IMG/VR virus record: IMGVR_UViG_3300032282_001405
Coordinates: 1-57,128 of that record
Strand: one strand, 5' to 3'
Source: a virus
Taxonomy: Duplodnaviria; Caudoviricetes
Length of the DNA stretch: 57,128 nucleotides
Under the pieces are notes generated by a model. It was not told the origin of the DNA. It did no database searches and worked only from the letters and a program-made list of their open reading frames with translations. Made by a program: the position numbers and the translations under genes. Shown one piece after another: positions 43,423 through 52,945 of this stretch (positions are counted from its first letter, which is position 1; the number at the start of each line of letters is the position of its first letter).

Positions 43423-44073
43423 ATGAGTTTTATAGTAGAAGATAAAGGTAATTTTGAATCAGTCCCGTCTGGGATGCACCTTGCAAGATGTTACCGAATC
43501 ATTGATCTCGGAACGCAAAAATCGGAGTACATGGGTCAAGTCAAGTACCTCCACAAGATCATGTTGGGCTGGGAAATCCACGGCACCAATGATGATGGAA
43601 CCCCCCTCAAAATGCGTGATGGTCGCCCATTCGCCATATTCAAGAACTACACGTTATCGTGGTCTGAGAAGGCTACTTTGCGTGGTGACTTGCAATCATG
43701 GCGCGGTAAGCCCTTCACACAGGAAGAGATGCGTCGCTTTGACCTCAAGACCGTGCTCAACGCATGGTGCATGCTGAACGTAATCGAGCGCGCAGGCCAA
43801 GACGGAAAGATGTATGTCAACGTTTCTGGCGTAACACCAGTTCCTTCCATGATCAAGAAGAACGGCTTGCCTGAAGCGATCAACAAGAACGAACTGTTTA
43901 ACCTGACTGATCCAGACATGGTGATGTTTGAGACGTTCAGCGAAAACCTCAAGAAGAAGATTCAGTCTTCACCTGAGTGGGAGAAGCTGAACAAGAAGAC
44001 AAAGACTGTAGACGACATCGCTCCAAAGGCGCCTGCCACGAGCTTTGATGAGGATGAAGACATCCCTTTTTAA
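43423..44073 (+). CDS. Putative single-stranded DNA-binding protein
   Basis: ARCYRIIDLGTQ, YTLSWSEKA.LR, acidic SSB-type tail DEDEDIPF. Confidence 0.7.
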   Translation: MSFIVEDKGNFESVPSGMHLARCYRIIDLGTQKSEYMGQVKYLHKIMLGWEIHGTNDDGTPLKMRDGRPFAIFKNYTLSWSEKATLRGDLQSWRGKPFTQEEMRRFDLKTVLNAWCMLNVIERAGQDGKMYVNVSGVTPVPSMIKKNGLPEAINKNELFNLTDPDMVMFETFSENLKKKIQSSPEWEKLNKKTKTVDDIAPKAPATSFDEDEDIPF

Positions 44074-44084
44074 GAAGGGGGCTG

Positions 44085-44315
44085 TTGGACAAACACTCAC
44101 ATCACGGCATGATAGTTCAATGCTTGCGCGATCATGGCCCCCTTGGAAAAGACGGTATAGCGCGCAAGCTTGGTCTTCGTGTAAATCAATGTTCTCGTGC
44201 TTTGCCAGTGCTTGAGCGTGATGGTTTTATTGAACAGACTGGCGGATACGTCACATCTGATTCAAATAGATATGAACGTGAATGGAGGGCTTGCTATGAA
44301 CCGCGACTTATTTGA
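44085..44315 (+). CDS. Winged-HTH protein
   Basis: GIARKLGL...SRALPVLERDGFIEQTG. Confidence 0.55.
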   Translation: MDKHSHHGMIVQCLRDHGPLGKDGIARKLGLRVNQCSRALPVLERDGFIEQTGGYVTSDSNRYEREWRACYEPRLI

Positions 44316-44625
44316 TGACGATGAACCAATGAATTTTGGTTCTGTAGCCTACAGCAGAGGCACGGACGCAATAACTAGCCACATAGCAGGCGCACTGGTA
44401 GACACAAATAAGCTGGAGAGTTTGGTTTATGAAGTTGTCAAAAGATATCCAAAAGGATGCATCTTGGACGAAGTCATATCTGCTCTTCCGCATATACGTG
44501 AACACAGCATACAACCTCGTTTTGCACCATTGATTCGAAAAGGGTTTTTGGTGGATACAGGTCAAAAACGATTTGGTCGCGCAGGGCGGCTACAACGTAT
44601 TGTTAAAGCAAAGGAAATTTTATGA
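44296..44625 (+). CDS. Winged-HTH protein
   Basis: GGAGG RBS; SIQPRFAPLIRKGFLVDTG.KR...GRLQ. Confidence 0.6.
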   Translation: MNRDLFDDDEPMNFGSVAYSRGTDAITSHIAGALVDTNKLESLVYEVVKRYPKGCILDEVISALPHIREHSIQPRFAPLIRKGFLVDTGQKRFGRAGRLQRIVKAKEIL

Positions 44626-44879
44626 AATACATAGCACTCTTGGCGGTGGTGCTTGCTGGTTGCGGTTCAGGAAATCGCACTGGCAACCCCTACCCTTCAC
44701 AACAACTAATCATCGATCGGCAAGTCTCAGCGATGACCCGAAACGAAGTTATCAATGCCATCCATGACTGCCAAGATAACAATCTTCGCGCCGTTATGGT
44801 GACTGGTAAAAAAAACACAAACGGCCACATCACAGATGTAATTACAGAGGTTACGTGCGCGCCTCGGTATAAATTCTAG
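44622..44879 (+). CDS. Lipoprotein
   Basis: Signal peptide with LAGC lipobox. Confidence 0.75.
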   Translation: MKYIALLAVVLAGCGSGNRTGNPYPSQQLIIDRQVSAMTRNEVINAIHDCQDNNLRAVMVTGKKNTNGHITDVITEVTCAPRYKF

Positions 44880-44888
44880 GAGAACACT

Positions 44889-45062
44889 ATGAAGATTGCA
44901 ACCATCACAAAAACAAACGATGGAGAAATAGAAGTTAAATTCTCAAAGGAATTTAAATATGACGTTGATTTCCATCTTGTAATTAAAGATGTTATGAAGA
45001 CTCAAGAAATTTTGCGAGAGCAATTATTAGAAATTTTAAAAACAAGGATTGAACAAAGATGA
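44889..45062 (+). CDS. Hypothetical protein (57 aa, not in ORF track)
   Basis: AGGAG RBS; MKIATITKTNDGEIEVKF...; ATGA coupling to the exonuclease. Confidence 0.55.
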   Translation: MKIATITKTNDGEIEVKFSKEFKYDVDFHLVIKDVMKTQEILREQLLEILKTRIEQR

Positions 45063-45835
45063 CAACAATAATTGCACGATCCGCTGAGTCGGTTCATTGG
45101 TACGGCCAAGATGGCTCACCCCAGTACACCGTCAAAGCAAAGGATGGCTCAGACCGTCCTACAACCCTCAGAGACGCACGTAAGTTCAACTTGGTACCTT
45201 CGGTTACCACCATCCTAAAAGTCTCTGCAAAGCCTGCATTAGACGTCTGGAAGAACGAACAGTTGCTACTAGCGGCGCTGACCTTACCCAAAGTAGATGG
45301 GGAGACAGAGAAAGAGTTCATTGCACGCGTTGTGGCGGACTCCAAGGAAACAGGTAAACGTGCCGCAGAAGCAGGTACCCGTATCCATGAGGAAGTTGAA
45401 AGCCACTTTGCTGGCAAGAAGTCTACGCGTGGCATCAAGGTAGAAGAGTCTTTGTTTGATCACTTCAAGCTGGATCCATTCCAGCCTTGGTTGGTTGAGC
45501 GCTCATTCTCTAGCCCACTAGGGTTTGGCGGCAAGGTGGACTTGTACTGCAAGCCTGACAAGGTCGCCCCCTACGGCATAGTGGCTGACATCAAGACCAA
45601 AGACTTTGCGCCTGATGACAAGGTAGAAGCCTATGACGAGCACCTGATGCAACTCTCAGCCTACCGCTATGGATTGGGCATCCCTGATGCACGCTGTGCA
45701 AACGTGTTTGTATCGCGCACGCATGAAGGGTTAGTCAAGATCGTAGAGTGGTCTGAAGAAGACCTAAAACGCGGCTGGGAGATGTTCCAACATCTACTCA
45801 ACTATTGGATCCTTAAAAACAAATTTGGAGCTTGA
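45059..45835 (+). CDS. PD-(D/E)XK exonuclease (Cas4/RecB-like)
   Basis: PSVTTIL, GTRIH, GGKVDL, DIKT, QLSAY. Confidence 0.85.
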   Translation: MTTIIARSAESVHWYGQDGSPQYTVKAKDGSDRPTTLRDARKFNLVPSVTTILKVSAKPALDVWKNEQLLLAALTLPKVDGETEKEFIARVVADSKETGKRAAEAGTRIHEEVESHFAGKKSTRGIKVEESLFDHFKLDPFQPWLVERSFSSPLGFGGKVDLYCKPDKVAPYGIVADIKTKDFAPDDKVEAYDEHLMQLSAYRYGLGIPDARCANVFVSRTHEGLVKIVEWSEEDLKRGWEMFQHLLNYWILKNKFGA

Positions 45836-45836
45836 T

Positions 45837-46139
45837 ATGAAAAGAATTATTGTTGACATGTCAAAAGGTGAGTTGGACTTTATACGTGAAGCGTTAAAAA
45901 CTAAACACATAAATCTTATGAGCTATCTTGATACGTGTGAAGAAAATGCAAACCCAAAACCAAGTTGGGAAAAAGTTGCTGAAATAGTAGAGGCGGAATT
46001 TGACAAAGAATTGGCCAAACTTACTGGTAAGAAATATGATTTTTCCGACGAGCCTGTAAAAGAACCAGCACCATACGGTTTGAAAAAAGACGGCACACCT
46101 AAAAAGAAATCAGGACGCCCAACAAAGGAGTTCTTCTAA
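45837..46139 (+). CDS. Hypothetical protein with basic AT-hook-like tail
   Basis: GGAG RBS; APYGLKKDGTPKKKSGRP. Confidence 0.6.
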   Translation: MKRIIVDMSKGELDFIREALKTKHINLMSYLDTCEENANPKPSWEKVAEIVEAEFDKELAKLTGKKYDFSDEPVKEPAPYGLKKDGTPKKKSGRPTKEFF

Positions 46140-46339
46140 TGACACCAGAACGCATCAATGAGATCTTCCGTGGTCTTAACCTAGAAGAGAACCATAACTT
46201 CCTTGAGGAGGATCTAAAGCAGATCGCAGAAGCCTATGCAGAGGAAGGCGCCAGACAAGAGCGCGCAGGCTGTTTAGAGGTGGTTACAAGCCTTAACCGA
46301 GTGGTCGGTGAGAAGCTGGCTGAGGTACGCGGTAAATAA
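46139..46339 (+). CDS. Hypothetical protein
   Basis: AAGGAG RBS; TAATG coupling. Confidence 0.6.
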   Translation: MTPERINEIFRGLNLEENHNFLEEDLKQIAEAYAEEGARQERAGCLEVVTSLNRVVGEKLAEVRGK

Positions 46340-46372
46340 AAAAAGACCCCCTACCAACACGGTAGGGGGCTC
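46338..46372 (-). terminator. Rho-independent terminator between convergent operons
   Basis: Minus strand CCCCCTACC-GTGTT-GGTAGGGGG followed by TC and T7. Confidence 0.8.
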
Positions 46373-46417
46373 AAGAAAGGCAACTGCTTGCCTTCACGGG
46401 TGGAGACACACCAGTGA

Positions 46418-47833
46418 TTAGTCTAGGCCAAACACGTTTCTGTTAGCAAAAGGAGTTTTGCCGTGCATGGCTTCAAGATATCTCTTTTTAGCTTCTGGAT
46501 CGTTTTGTAACGCCAAGAAAGCTGGAATCAATGTAGCTGGCGCCGCTAATGTTGTAGCCGCTCCAGTTCCAACAAATGGCATAGCTGTACCTGCCGCAGT
46601 ACCAGCCGCAGATAGGCCAGCCTGTATTGGCTTTTTCTCTTGTATTTTGTTGTATACGTCAGCAACACCCTGTGCAAGGTTAGCGCCAGTTAAACCGCCA
46701 ATTGCTGGGTACTTCAAATAAGGCGTATAGTTTTTTGCAAAATTTGCTAAGCCACCCATAATGGTTGGAGTTTCAGCTACCGGAACTACTGGAGGAATTG
46801 GCACATTAGGCGTGCCACCAAACCTAGGCGAAGGACCTCTGCCAGCGCTCTCAGGAATAAATAAATTAGCACGACTTGGATCAGGACGCATCTCTGGTGC
46901 AATCGATCTAATCTTGTCTTCTGCGGCCATAGCGGCACGCTTCATTTGGTGAGCTTCTGCTTGATCTCTGGCACCAATTCCAACGTCTGTATAACGCCCC
47001 TGAGCGTCTTGTGAACCTACCCAGTTCTGTGTCATTCGGCCACCAGCAGGCTCACCCGTTAAAGGGCCTTGTGCAGGCGGTAAATTGGCGGCGTTGGCTT
47101 TACCCTTCAGAACAATATCTAACGCTTCAGCAGGCGATTTACCAGCCTTTAAAGCGGCCACAACTTCTGGGTAAGAGGCAAGCGCTCTAGCCGCGTCGTA
47201 CTTCATGCGTAGACGGGCGGCAGTCGCGCCAGCACCAGCACCCATGGTAGTGCCAGTTACACCACCAGCAATACCAGAAACTGTTCTTGGTATCCTTTGC
47301 TCAGAAAGTTTTGGAGGCTCAATTTCACTACCAACTTCAGTTACTTCTTCTTCAGAAGGATTGCCTGCTTCCACTTCTTGCGCAGGGGTTTGAGTCAATG
47401 TTACTTTTGGTAATTCACCACCATAGATATCACTAATCTTAACTATGTGATCAATAGTCTCATCTTTTAAAACATTTAAATCGCCAGACTCATAAAACTT
47501 GTTGCGTGTCTCTGTGCTTGCGTTGTATCCAGCTAAAACCTTGTATGGGTCATTGCCAATCTTTGGGTTAGAAACCAATTCTTTTAACAAAGATATACCA
47601 CCACGGATGTTTTGATCCATGTCTTTGGCGTCTACACCCAAGCCCTTAGCGGTATCAGGCATCAATTGCATGACACCATAAGCGCCTCTTTTTGAGGTCA
47701 AGCTTGGATTAAAACCGCTTTCTTGCATAACCATTGGCAAAACAAAATCAGGGTTTAATCCTTGACGTTTTGCTTCCTCACCAACTTTAATGGCAATTTC
47801 TAATTGAGCATCGGTAAGCTTGGATAAATCCAT
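46418..47833 (-). CDS. Ejection protein with N-terminal lytic transglycosylase (SLT) domain
   Basis: QESGFN, GAYGVMQLMP, NIRGG, LAGYNA. Confidence 0.88.
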   Translation of the reverse strand: MDLSKLTDAQLEIAIKVGEEAKRQGLNPDFVLPMVMQESGFNPSLTSKRGAYGVMQLMPDTAKGLGVDAKDMDQNIRGGISLLKELVSNPKIGNDPYKVLAGYNASTETRNKFYESGDLNVLKDETIDHIVKISDIYGGELPKVTLTQTPAQEVEAGNPSEEEVTEVGSEIEPPKLSEQRIPRTVSGIAGGVTGTTMGAGAGATAARLRMKYDAARALASYPEVVAALKAGKSPAEALDIVLKGKANAANLPPAQGPLTGEPAGGRMTQNWVGSQDAQGRYTDVGIGARDQAEAHQMKRAAMAAEDKIRSIAPEMRPDPSRANLFIPESAGRGPSPRFGGTPNVPIPPVVPVAETPTIMGGLANFAKNYTPYLKYPAIGGLTGANLAQGVADVYNKIQEKKPIQAGLSAAGTAAGTAMPFVGTGAATTLAAPATLIPAFLALQNDPEAKKRYLEAMHGKTPFANRNVFGLD

Positions 47834-47842
47834 AATTGATCC

Positions 47843-49405
47843 TTATGGCTGACGATTTCTTTGACGTTCAGCTTGTATTGCTCTAGCGCGATCAAGAGTG
47901 CTACCGCCACCAGTTGCAGGACGTGCAGAGGCAGGTGCAGTTGTAGTGGCCGCTGGGGGATTAGCAGGCGGCATAGTAGTAGCCGTTGGAGCACTTTGAG
48001 GAGTTTGTGTGTTTGTCGGTCTATACCAGCTTGGCATCACATTTAAAGCATTACTTCTTGCTAATTGATCTGCTTCATCTCTATACCTGTTTTCCATGGC
48101 GCGAGATTCATTGCTAGACAAAATCTTACGTGCAGGAATGTTGCTATCAACCCGCAGGCTATGCCTATCAATTTCATGCTTGGCTTGCAATCCCATTTGA
48201 TCCAAGATGCCAACAAAGCCAGCTTGCGAGTTAGCAAGATTTGGTGATTGAAGACTATTCAAAGTCTGCAATGCGTCAGTTGGGTTTACGTTAGAACCAC
48301 GCAAATTAACTTCAAGTCTAGCAATTCCTTTAATAAGCTTATCAGCTTTTTGACGTGTTTCGTAATCAGCATTCTTTAATGAGTCAGCCGCCGCGGCAAC
48401 CATACCCTCAACAGCCCTGCTGACGTTACCCTGATTTTGATCAAGGAAAGACCTAAACATAGATATTGCATCGCCATTTTTATACAAAGAAAACAATGGG
48501 GAAAGTTTTGGTTCAATAGCCAATGTACGAAGGTAAGTTAAATCGTTTAGCAAGTTATCCGAAGAACGGGCAGTAAAAGCAGACTTTTGCTCTTCGTCCA
48601 TACCTTTAGTAGCCAACTCACTGTTGTAATTTCCAAGAAGGGCAAGCTTTGCAGAAGTGCCCATTGCATTCCATTTATCAGCATCGACATCTTTAGGTCT
48701 AGCCGCATCAAGTTTGGCTAAGGATTGTTGCATTTGCTCAGAAGATTGATTGACAGCAGTTCCGCTAAATGCAGGATCTTTCAATACAAGTGTAGGAAGC
48801 TTTGCGGCGGCTTCTTGAGCCGCAATTTGCGTTTGTGTTTCTGTACCGCGTGTTGTTGTTCCTAAGTTAAATGCATCCAAAGCGGCTTTTAAAGAATCTG
48901 CATAGTCATTTTGGCCAGCGGCTCTAAGACGACCAATCGCTCCAGATATTTGGTTTACGTTTTCTGGAGTAATAACAGTTTTTAAGTTTTTAGTAGAAGT
49001 TAATTTTCTACCAGCATCTGGACCAAGACCAAGAACTTCAGCGACCATGTTTGCGCCACGCTCGTTCTTTTTCATCAATGATTCCATCTGAGCAAGCTTG
49101 GCACGCTCTACAGCAATAGTAGGCGCAAGAGCACGCTGTTGCTCTACGTTCTCACCCATGGCATTAAAAGCAGAACCTAAAGACGCACCAAAACCACCCA
49201 ATTTGGGTTCTAAAAATCCAGCAGATACTTTGAACCAGTTAGGTTGCGCATAACGCGCCTCAAGCGTATCTAATGCCTTGTTACGGGCATCCATAATGTC
49301 TTGCTGTTCTTCTGGTGGAAGGTCTGCGGTACTTAATATTGATTCTTTTGGAACGTCAAAATTTAAAGCGCCGACACCAGTAACTGTTTTTACCTTGTCA
49401 TTCAT
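47843..49405 (-). CDS. Putative internal virion/ejection protein
   Basis: Helical, Ala/Gln-rich; located in the ejection-protein block. Confidence 0.6.
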   Translation of the reverse strand: MNDKVKTVTGVGALNFDVPKESILSTADLPPEEQQDIMDARNKALDTLEARYAQPNWFKVSAGFLEPKLGGFGASLGSAFNAMGENVEQQRALAPTIAVERAKLAQMESLMKKNERGANMVAEVLGLGPDAGRKLTSTKNLKTVITPENVNQISGAIGRLRAAGQNDYADSLKAALDAFNLGTTTRGTETQTQIAAQEAAAKLPTLVLKDPAFSGTAVNQSSEQMQQSLAKLDAARPKDVDADKWNAMGTSAKLALLGNYNSELATKGMDEEQKSAFTARSSDNLLNDLTYLRTLAIEPKLSPLFSLYKNGDAISMFRSFLDQNQGNVSRAVEGMVAAAADSLKNADYETRQKADKLIKGIARLEVNLRGSNVNPTDALQTLNSLQSPNLANSQAGFVGILDQMGLQAKHEIDRHSLRVDSNIPARKILSSNESRAMENRYRDEADQLARSNALNVMPSWYRPTNTQTPQSAPTATTMPPANPPAATTTAPASARPATGGGSTLDRARAIQAERQRNRQP

Positions 49406-49415
49406 AATTTATTCC

Positions 49416-50513
49416 TTATGTAGCGTTTTCATCGGTAATAGTATTTGGCACAGTTCCGCCATACGTTGGATCAAATACGCTTTCTCCACCACCGCCAACT
49501 TGACCAGAAGTTAATCCAGATCCATCATTGCTTGCAGGATTATTTCCAACAAGCTTATCGTATGCAGTACCTAAACCTGTTATCAAGCTTTGGTAAGGCA
49601 TAGAGTTCGCAATAGGATTGCCGTTCTTGTCGTACTGAGGAGTAAAGAATCCAGCAGTACCAGTTGCAACTCCACCGATTGCAGACAATGGAGACATCTG
49701 CGCAGTAGTCTTGGTAGTTGTTGGCACGCTGTAGCCACGCAACATGCCAGACAATGTTGACAAGTTGTTCAATGGAAACAGTTGCTGGTTTTGAGCAATA
49801 GTCTGTTGTTGGCCACCCAAGGTAGACAACGCATTGATATCAGCCAAGCTCAAGCCTTGCTGTTGTGCCGCCAATGCACTTTGCGCTTGGCCTGCTTGAG
49901 TTAGGTTCTGTTGACCAGAGGATGCTAGTTGACCCGCTGTGCTACCCATCTGGGCTTGCAGTGCGTTCTGCTGTCCTGCGGCACCCAATGCAGTGTTGTA
50001 GCCAGCATTCAACGCTTGGTACTGTTGATTCAAGATGTCACGGTCAGCATTTGATATGGTTTGACCAAGCACCTGAGCACCACGCTGTGAACCAAACTGT
50101 CCACTACCCACAGCACCAGCGGTTGCGCGTGGAGCTAAGTTCTGTTGTATGTTGCGTTGACCAGCATCACCTAAAGCATTCACCACGTTAGTGATATATG
50201 GGCTCATGTACTGGGAGGCCAATTGAGAAGGATCTGTACCCGCCGTCTGCAAGTAAGGCGTGGCCGAACTAAGTGGTGACGCAGAACCTGCCGCGGCACC
50301 CAATGTCTGACCAGCCGCTTGTAGCGTTGGCTGATAAGTTTGTGGAACGCCCTCAACAGCTTCAAAAGCTTTTTGTTGCAGGGGTTGAGCACCGACGTAC
50401 TGCGCGCCAGTTGCCGCTGTAGTGCCTGCACCAGCTAGGTTGCTCAGATAATTGGTATAAAAATCTGGTGCAACCGTCTGTTGACTTTGTGAACTTTCTA
50501 GTAGGTTTGCCAT
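49416..50513 (-). CDS. Putative DNA transfer/ejection protein
   Basis: YMSPY, GQFGSQR, Gln/Gly/Ala-rich. Confidence 0.65.
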   Translation of the reverse strand: MANLLESSQSQQTVAPDFYTNYLSNLAGAGTTAATGAQYVGAQPLQQKAFEAVEGVPQTYQPTLQAAGQTLGAAAGSASPLSSATPYLQTAGTDPSQLASQYMSPYITNVVNALGDAGQRNIQQNLAPRATAGAVGSGQFGSQRGAQVLGQTISNADRDILNQQYQALNAGYNTALGAAGQQNALQAQMGSTAGQLASSGQQNLTQAGQAQSALAAQQQGLSLADINALSTLGGQQQTIAQNQQLFPLNNLSTLSGMLRGYSVPTTTKTTAQMSPLSAIGGVATGTAGFFTPQYDKNGNPIANSMPYQSLITGLGTAYDKLVGNNPASNDGSGLTSGQVGGGGESVFDPTYGGTVPNTITDENAT

Positions 50514-50515
50514 GT

Positions 50516-52342
50516 TTAACCTTTCACCATCTTGAGATAGTCAAGAGGGGATTTTGCCTTTGGTGGAATTTTACTCGTGGGAGCCGATCTTTTGTGCGCT
50601 CTAATCTCTTGGCGCATTGCATCTAACAATTTAGCGCCTGCCTTGTTGTCACCGCGTCCAATCGCAGTCACAAAGCTTGCAGGGAATACATACTCACCGT
50701 CAGCGATCTTGGCAGGCACAACCGTACCACCCTCTGCTGATTGCTTGTGTGGGATTTGGCGGCGGAACTTCTCTAGGGCTTCAGCGCCAGCTTTGCTAGA
50801 ACCGTCACCAAGAGCCGCAACTAGGTCGGCGTCAGCTACATAGTCACCGTCGTGAAGCATGGCTGGAATGTCGTCTGATTGGCCTGTACCCTTACCTTGT
50901 GCGTAGTAGCCAGTCAATCCTGTTACAAACTCAGGGTTGTGACCTTTTGGAGCCGCATCGGTGTACTTGGATGGCAAAGCGCCACCAGCCGATAAATGGG
51001 GCTGTTTGCTACCTATACCGCTGAAGATGTGCTTGAGAGCACCAAGACGCGACTGTTGGGCAGTTGTTGGTACTGGTGCCGCAGGCAACAAATTAGGCGT
51101 GACATTCTTTATGGGAAGGTCAGTGAAATATGAGCTAGTTGAGCCACCTGTAGCCATAAGTTTTGTTGTACTTAGTTGTGGATCAATTGTGTTTGATGCA
51201 GTAATGTCTGGAGCAATTCCACGCAGTCTTAGCTGTTCTGCCAGCCTAGGATCCAAAGAATCAAACAGTTGTTTTAACTCATAAGGATTCTCAGCCTCAG
51301 TGCCAGCATTTGGATTTGCAATGTTGTACCCAAGATACTGGGGGGCGCTAGACAGTTCTGGATCTTTGAGTAATTGGCTCAAAGATGTAGGCGTAGTAGT
51401 CTGACCTGTACCTGTAGTACCTGTTGTGCCATCTGATGAATTTAATAAATTATTAGTGGCGTATGTCAGTCCAGCTTTGATGTCTTTTTCTTTAAGAGGA
51501 TCGTATGCCTCTGGCGCAACGTCAGAGGGTGGTGGAAGCACTGACCCAGTATCCAAAGGCGATTGCGTGTTGGATAAGCCAGTTAGATCAGCATTCTCTT
51601 TTACGCTACCTAGGTTAGTACCAGACGTGTTGTCTAAAGGGGCTTGTAATCCGCCATTTGGATCGGCTATGTACTTACCAGTTTCTTCATCAAAGTAGCC
51701 TGAACCAGTCTCCGTTGTGGGTGTAGATAGCGGAAAGTCCATCTTGATGGATGGATCTGCCGCCAACACATCCTGCTCAGTTGGGCTAGGTGCATTCTCG
51801 TAAGAAGCTTCTGCGTTCTTTTGCGACCAGTCTGCAAGTCCAGCATCAGATATTTCTTTTGCGCCTGAACTAAGGCCGCCACTGATTACGCCGCTTGTTA
51901 GTGCTTGGTCTAATGGCCTGCCTTTTAAAACTCCACTTGTAGTGCTTCCAGCAACATTGCCTGCAAAACCAGAGCCTGTTTCAGCACCTACATTGCCACC
52001 GACTTCACCAGCAATTTGGCTAATAACATAAGCTTTAGCGGCGTCTTCAAGATTACCGCCTTTGTCTATTACGTTTGCCGCTTGCACATAGGGCGCTAGA
52101 GGAGGTGCGGCAAGAGAAACAACGGTTGTCCATCCGCCGGGCACTACTTTGTTGACTGTGTCATCAACATCAGCCAACACATCTGAAGTGCTATTAACAA
52201 ATTTTTGACCTTCATCAAGAACTTCATCAACAATAGGAATACCAGTACCACCACCTTGTGGCTGAATCTTTCTATCTCCAACGTGGCGAAACGCCCTAAT
52301 TGGGAGGTCTGGTATGCCTAATAAAGCAAGACTATTTCTCAT
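50516..52342 (-). CDS. Putative ejection protein with a duplicated C-terminal PAx(L/I)xDG(D/E)YV module
   Basis: MATGG, LSAGG, GTGQSDDIPAMLHDGDYV, SAEGG, VPAKIADGEYV. Confidence 0.65.
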   Translation of the reverse strand: MRNSLALLGIPDLPIRAFRHVGDRKIQPQGGGTGIPIVDEVLDEGQKFVNSTSDVLADVDDTVNKVVPGGWTTVVSLAAPPLAPYVQAANVIDKGGNLEDAAKAYVISQIAGEVGGNVGAETGSGFAGNVAGSTTSGVLKGRPLDQALTSGVISGGLSSGAKEISDAGLADWSQKNAEASYENAPSPTEQDVLAADPSIKMDFPLSTPTTETGSGYFDEETGKYIADPNGGLQAPLDNTSGTNLGSVKENADLTGLSNTQSPLDTGSVLPPPSDVAPEAYDPLKEKDIKAGLTYATNNLLNSSDGTTGTTGTGQTTTPTSLSQLLKDPELSSAPQYLGYNIANPNAGTEAENPYELKQLFDSLDPRLAEQLRLRGIAPDITASNTIDPQLSTTKLMATGGSTSSYFTDLPIKNVTPNLLPAAPVPTTAQQSRLGALKHIFSGIGSKQPHLSAGGALPSKYTDAAPKGHNPEFVTGLTGYYAQGKGTGQSDDIPAMLHDGDYVADADLVAALGDGSSKAGAEALEKFRRQIPHKQSAEGGTVVPAKIADGEYVFPASFVTAIGRGDNKAGAKLLDAMRQEIRAHKRSAPTSKIPPKAKSPLDYLKMVKG

Positions 52343-52701
52343 ATATTTGCCTTCCAGTTGTACTGTGGTAGGTCAGATGCTTCGACGTTTAATCCAACGC
52401 GCTTCATCAGTTCCACAATACCTTGGTTATCTGCCTTTCCGTAAACGGTCTTAATTCCTAGCTCTCTACCGCGCCTAACAAATCCAATTACAGACTTTGC
52501 TAACGTCATAGGGCTATCTTCTGTAAACAAATGGATCTCTGCTGAGGTTGGGTCAACCTTACGCACCAAGAGAACAGAATTGTTTTCTTGCATCAAAACG
52601 CCAGAATTGTTTTTAGTCATTTCACGAATAGAAAGCAAAGCCTTAGCTGGGTCAATGTTTCTTTTGACCGCGTCTGCCGTGATGATTTCTGATGCTTTCA
52701 T
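52339..52701 (-). CDS. Possible GNAT-fold virion assembly protein
   Basis: EIHLF...GIKTVYG..DNQGIVELMKRVG; position before the ejection genes. Confidence 0.45.
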   Translation of the reverse strand: MKASEIITADAVKRNIDPAKALLSIREMTKNNSGVLMQENNSVLLVRKVDPTSAEIHLFTEDSPMTLAKSVIGFVRRGRELGIKTVYGKADNQGIVELMKRVGLNVEASDLPQYNWKANI

Positions 52702-52711
52702 TGCATGCCTT

Positions 52712-52945
52712 CTATGTTTGTAAATTCATGATGCCGACCATTTGTTCAGCCCATTCTTGCCATGTTTGAAATAGTCTTTGGTCAGGGATTGCAGATTGTC
52801 CAAAGTAGCCTATACCGTTAATACCGTCTACCCAATCCCTCCAGCGGTCTTCTTCCACCGTACCAATGTCGTTTGACGAAAACAGTTCCGCCATCAACTT
52901 GCAATACAGTGGCCATTCCATGCCGCGTGGATCGTAGGTAACCAT
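52712..52945 (-). CDS. Small Trp-rich hypothetical protein
   Basis: TAATG coupling; WRDW...FQTWQEWAE. Confidence 0.6.
   Translation of the reverse strand: MVTYDPRGMEWPLYCKLMAELFSSNDIGTVEEDRWRDWVDGINGIGYFGQSAIPDQRLFQTWQEWAEQMVGIMNLQT

Noticed and set aside
45059-45835. Cas4-like nuclease as part of a CRISPR system
   Set aside because: No array or other cas genes; it sits with the SSB-like gene as a phage recombination exonuclease
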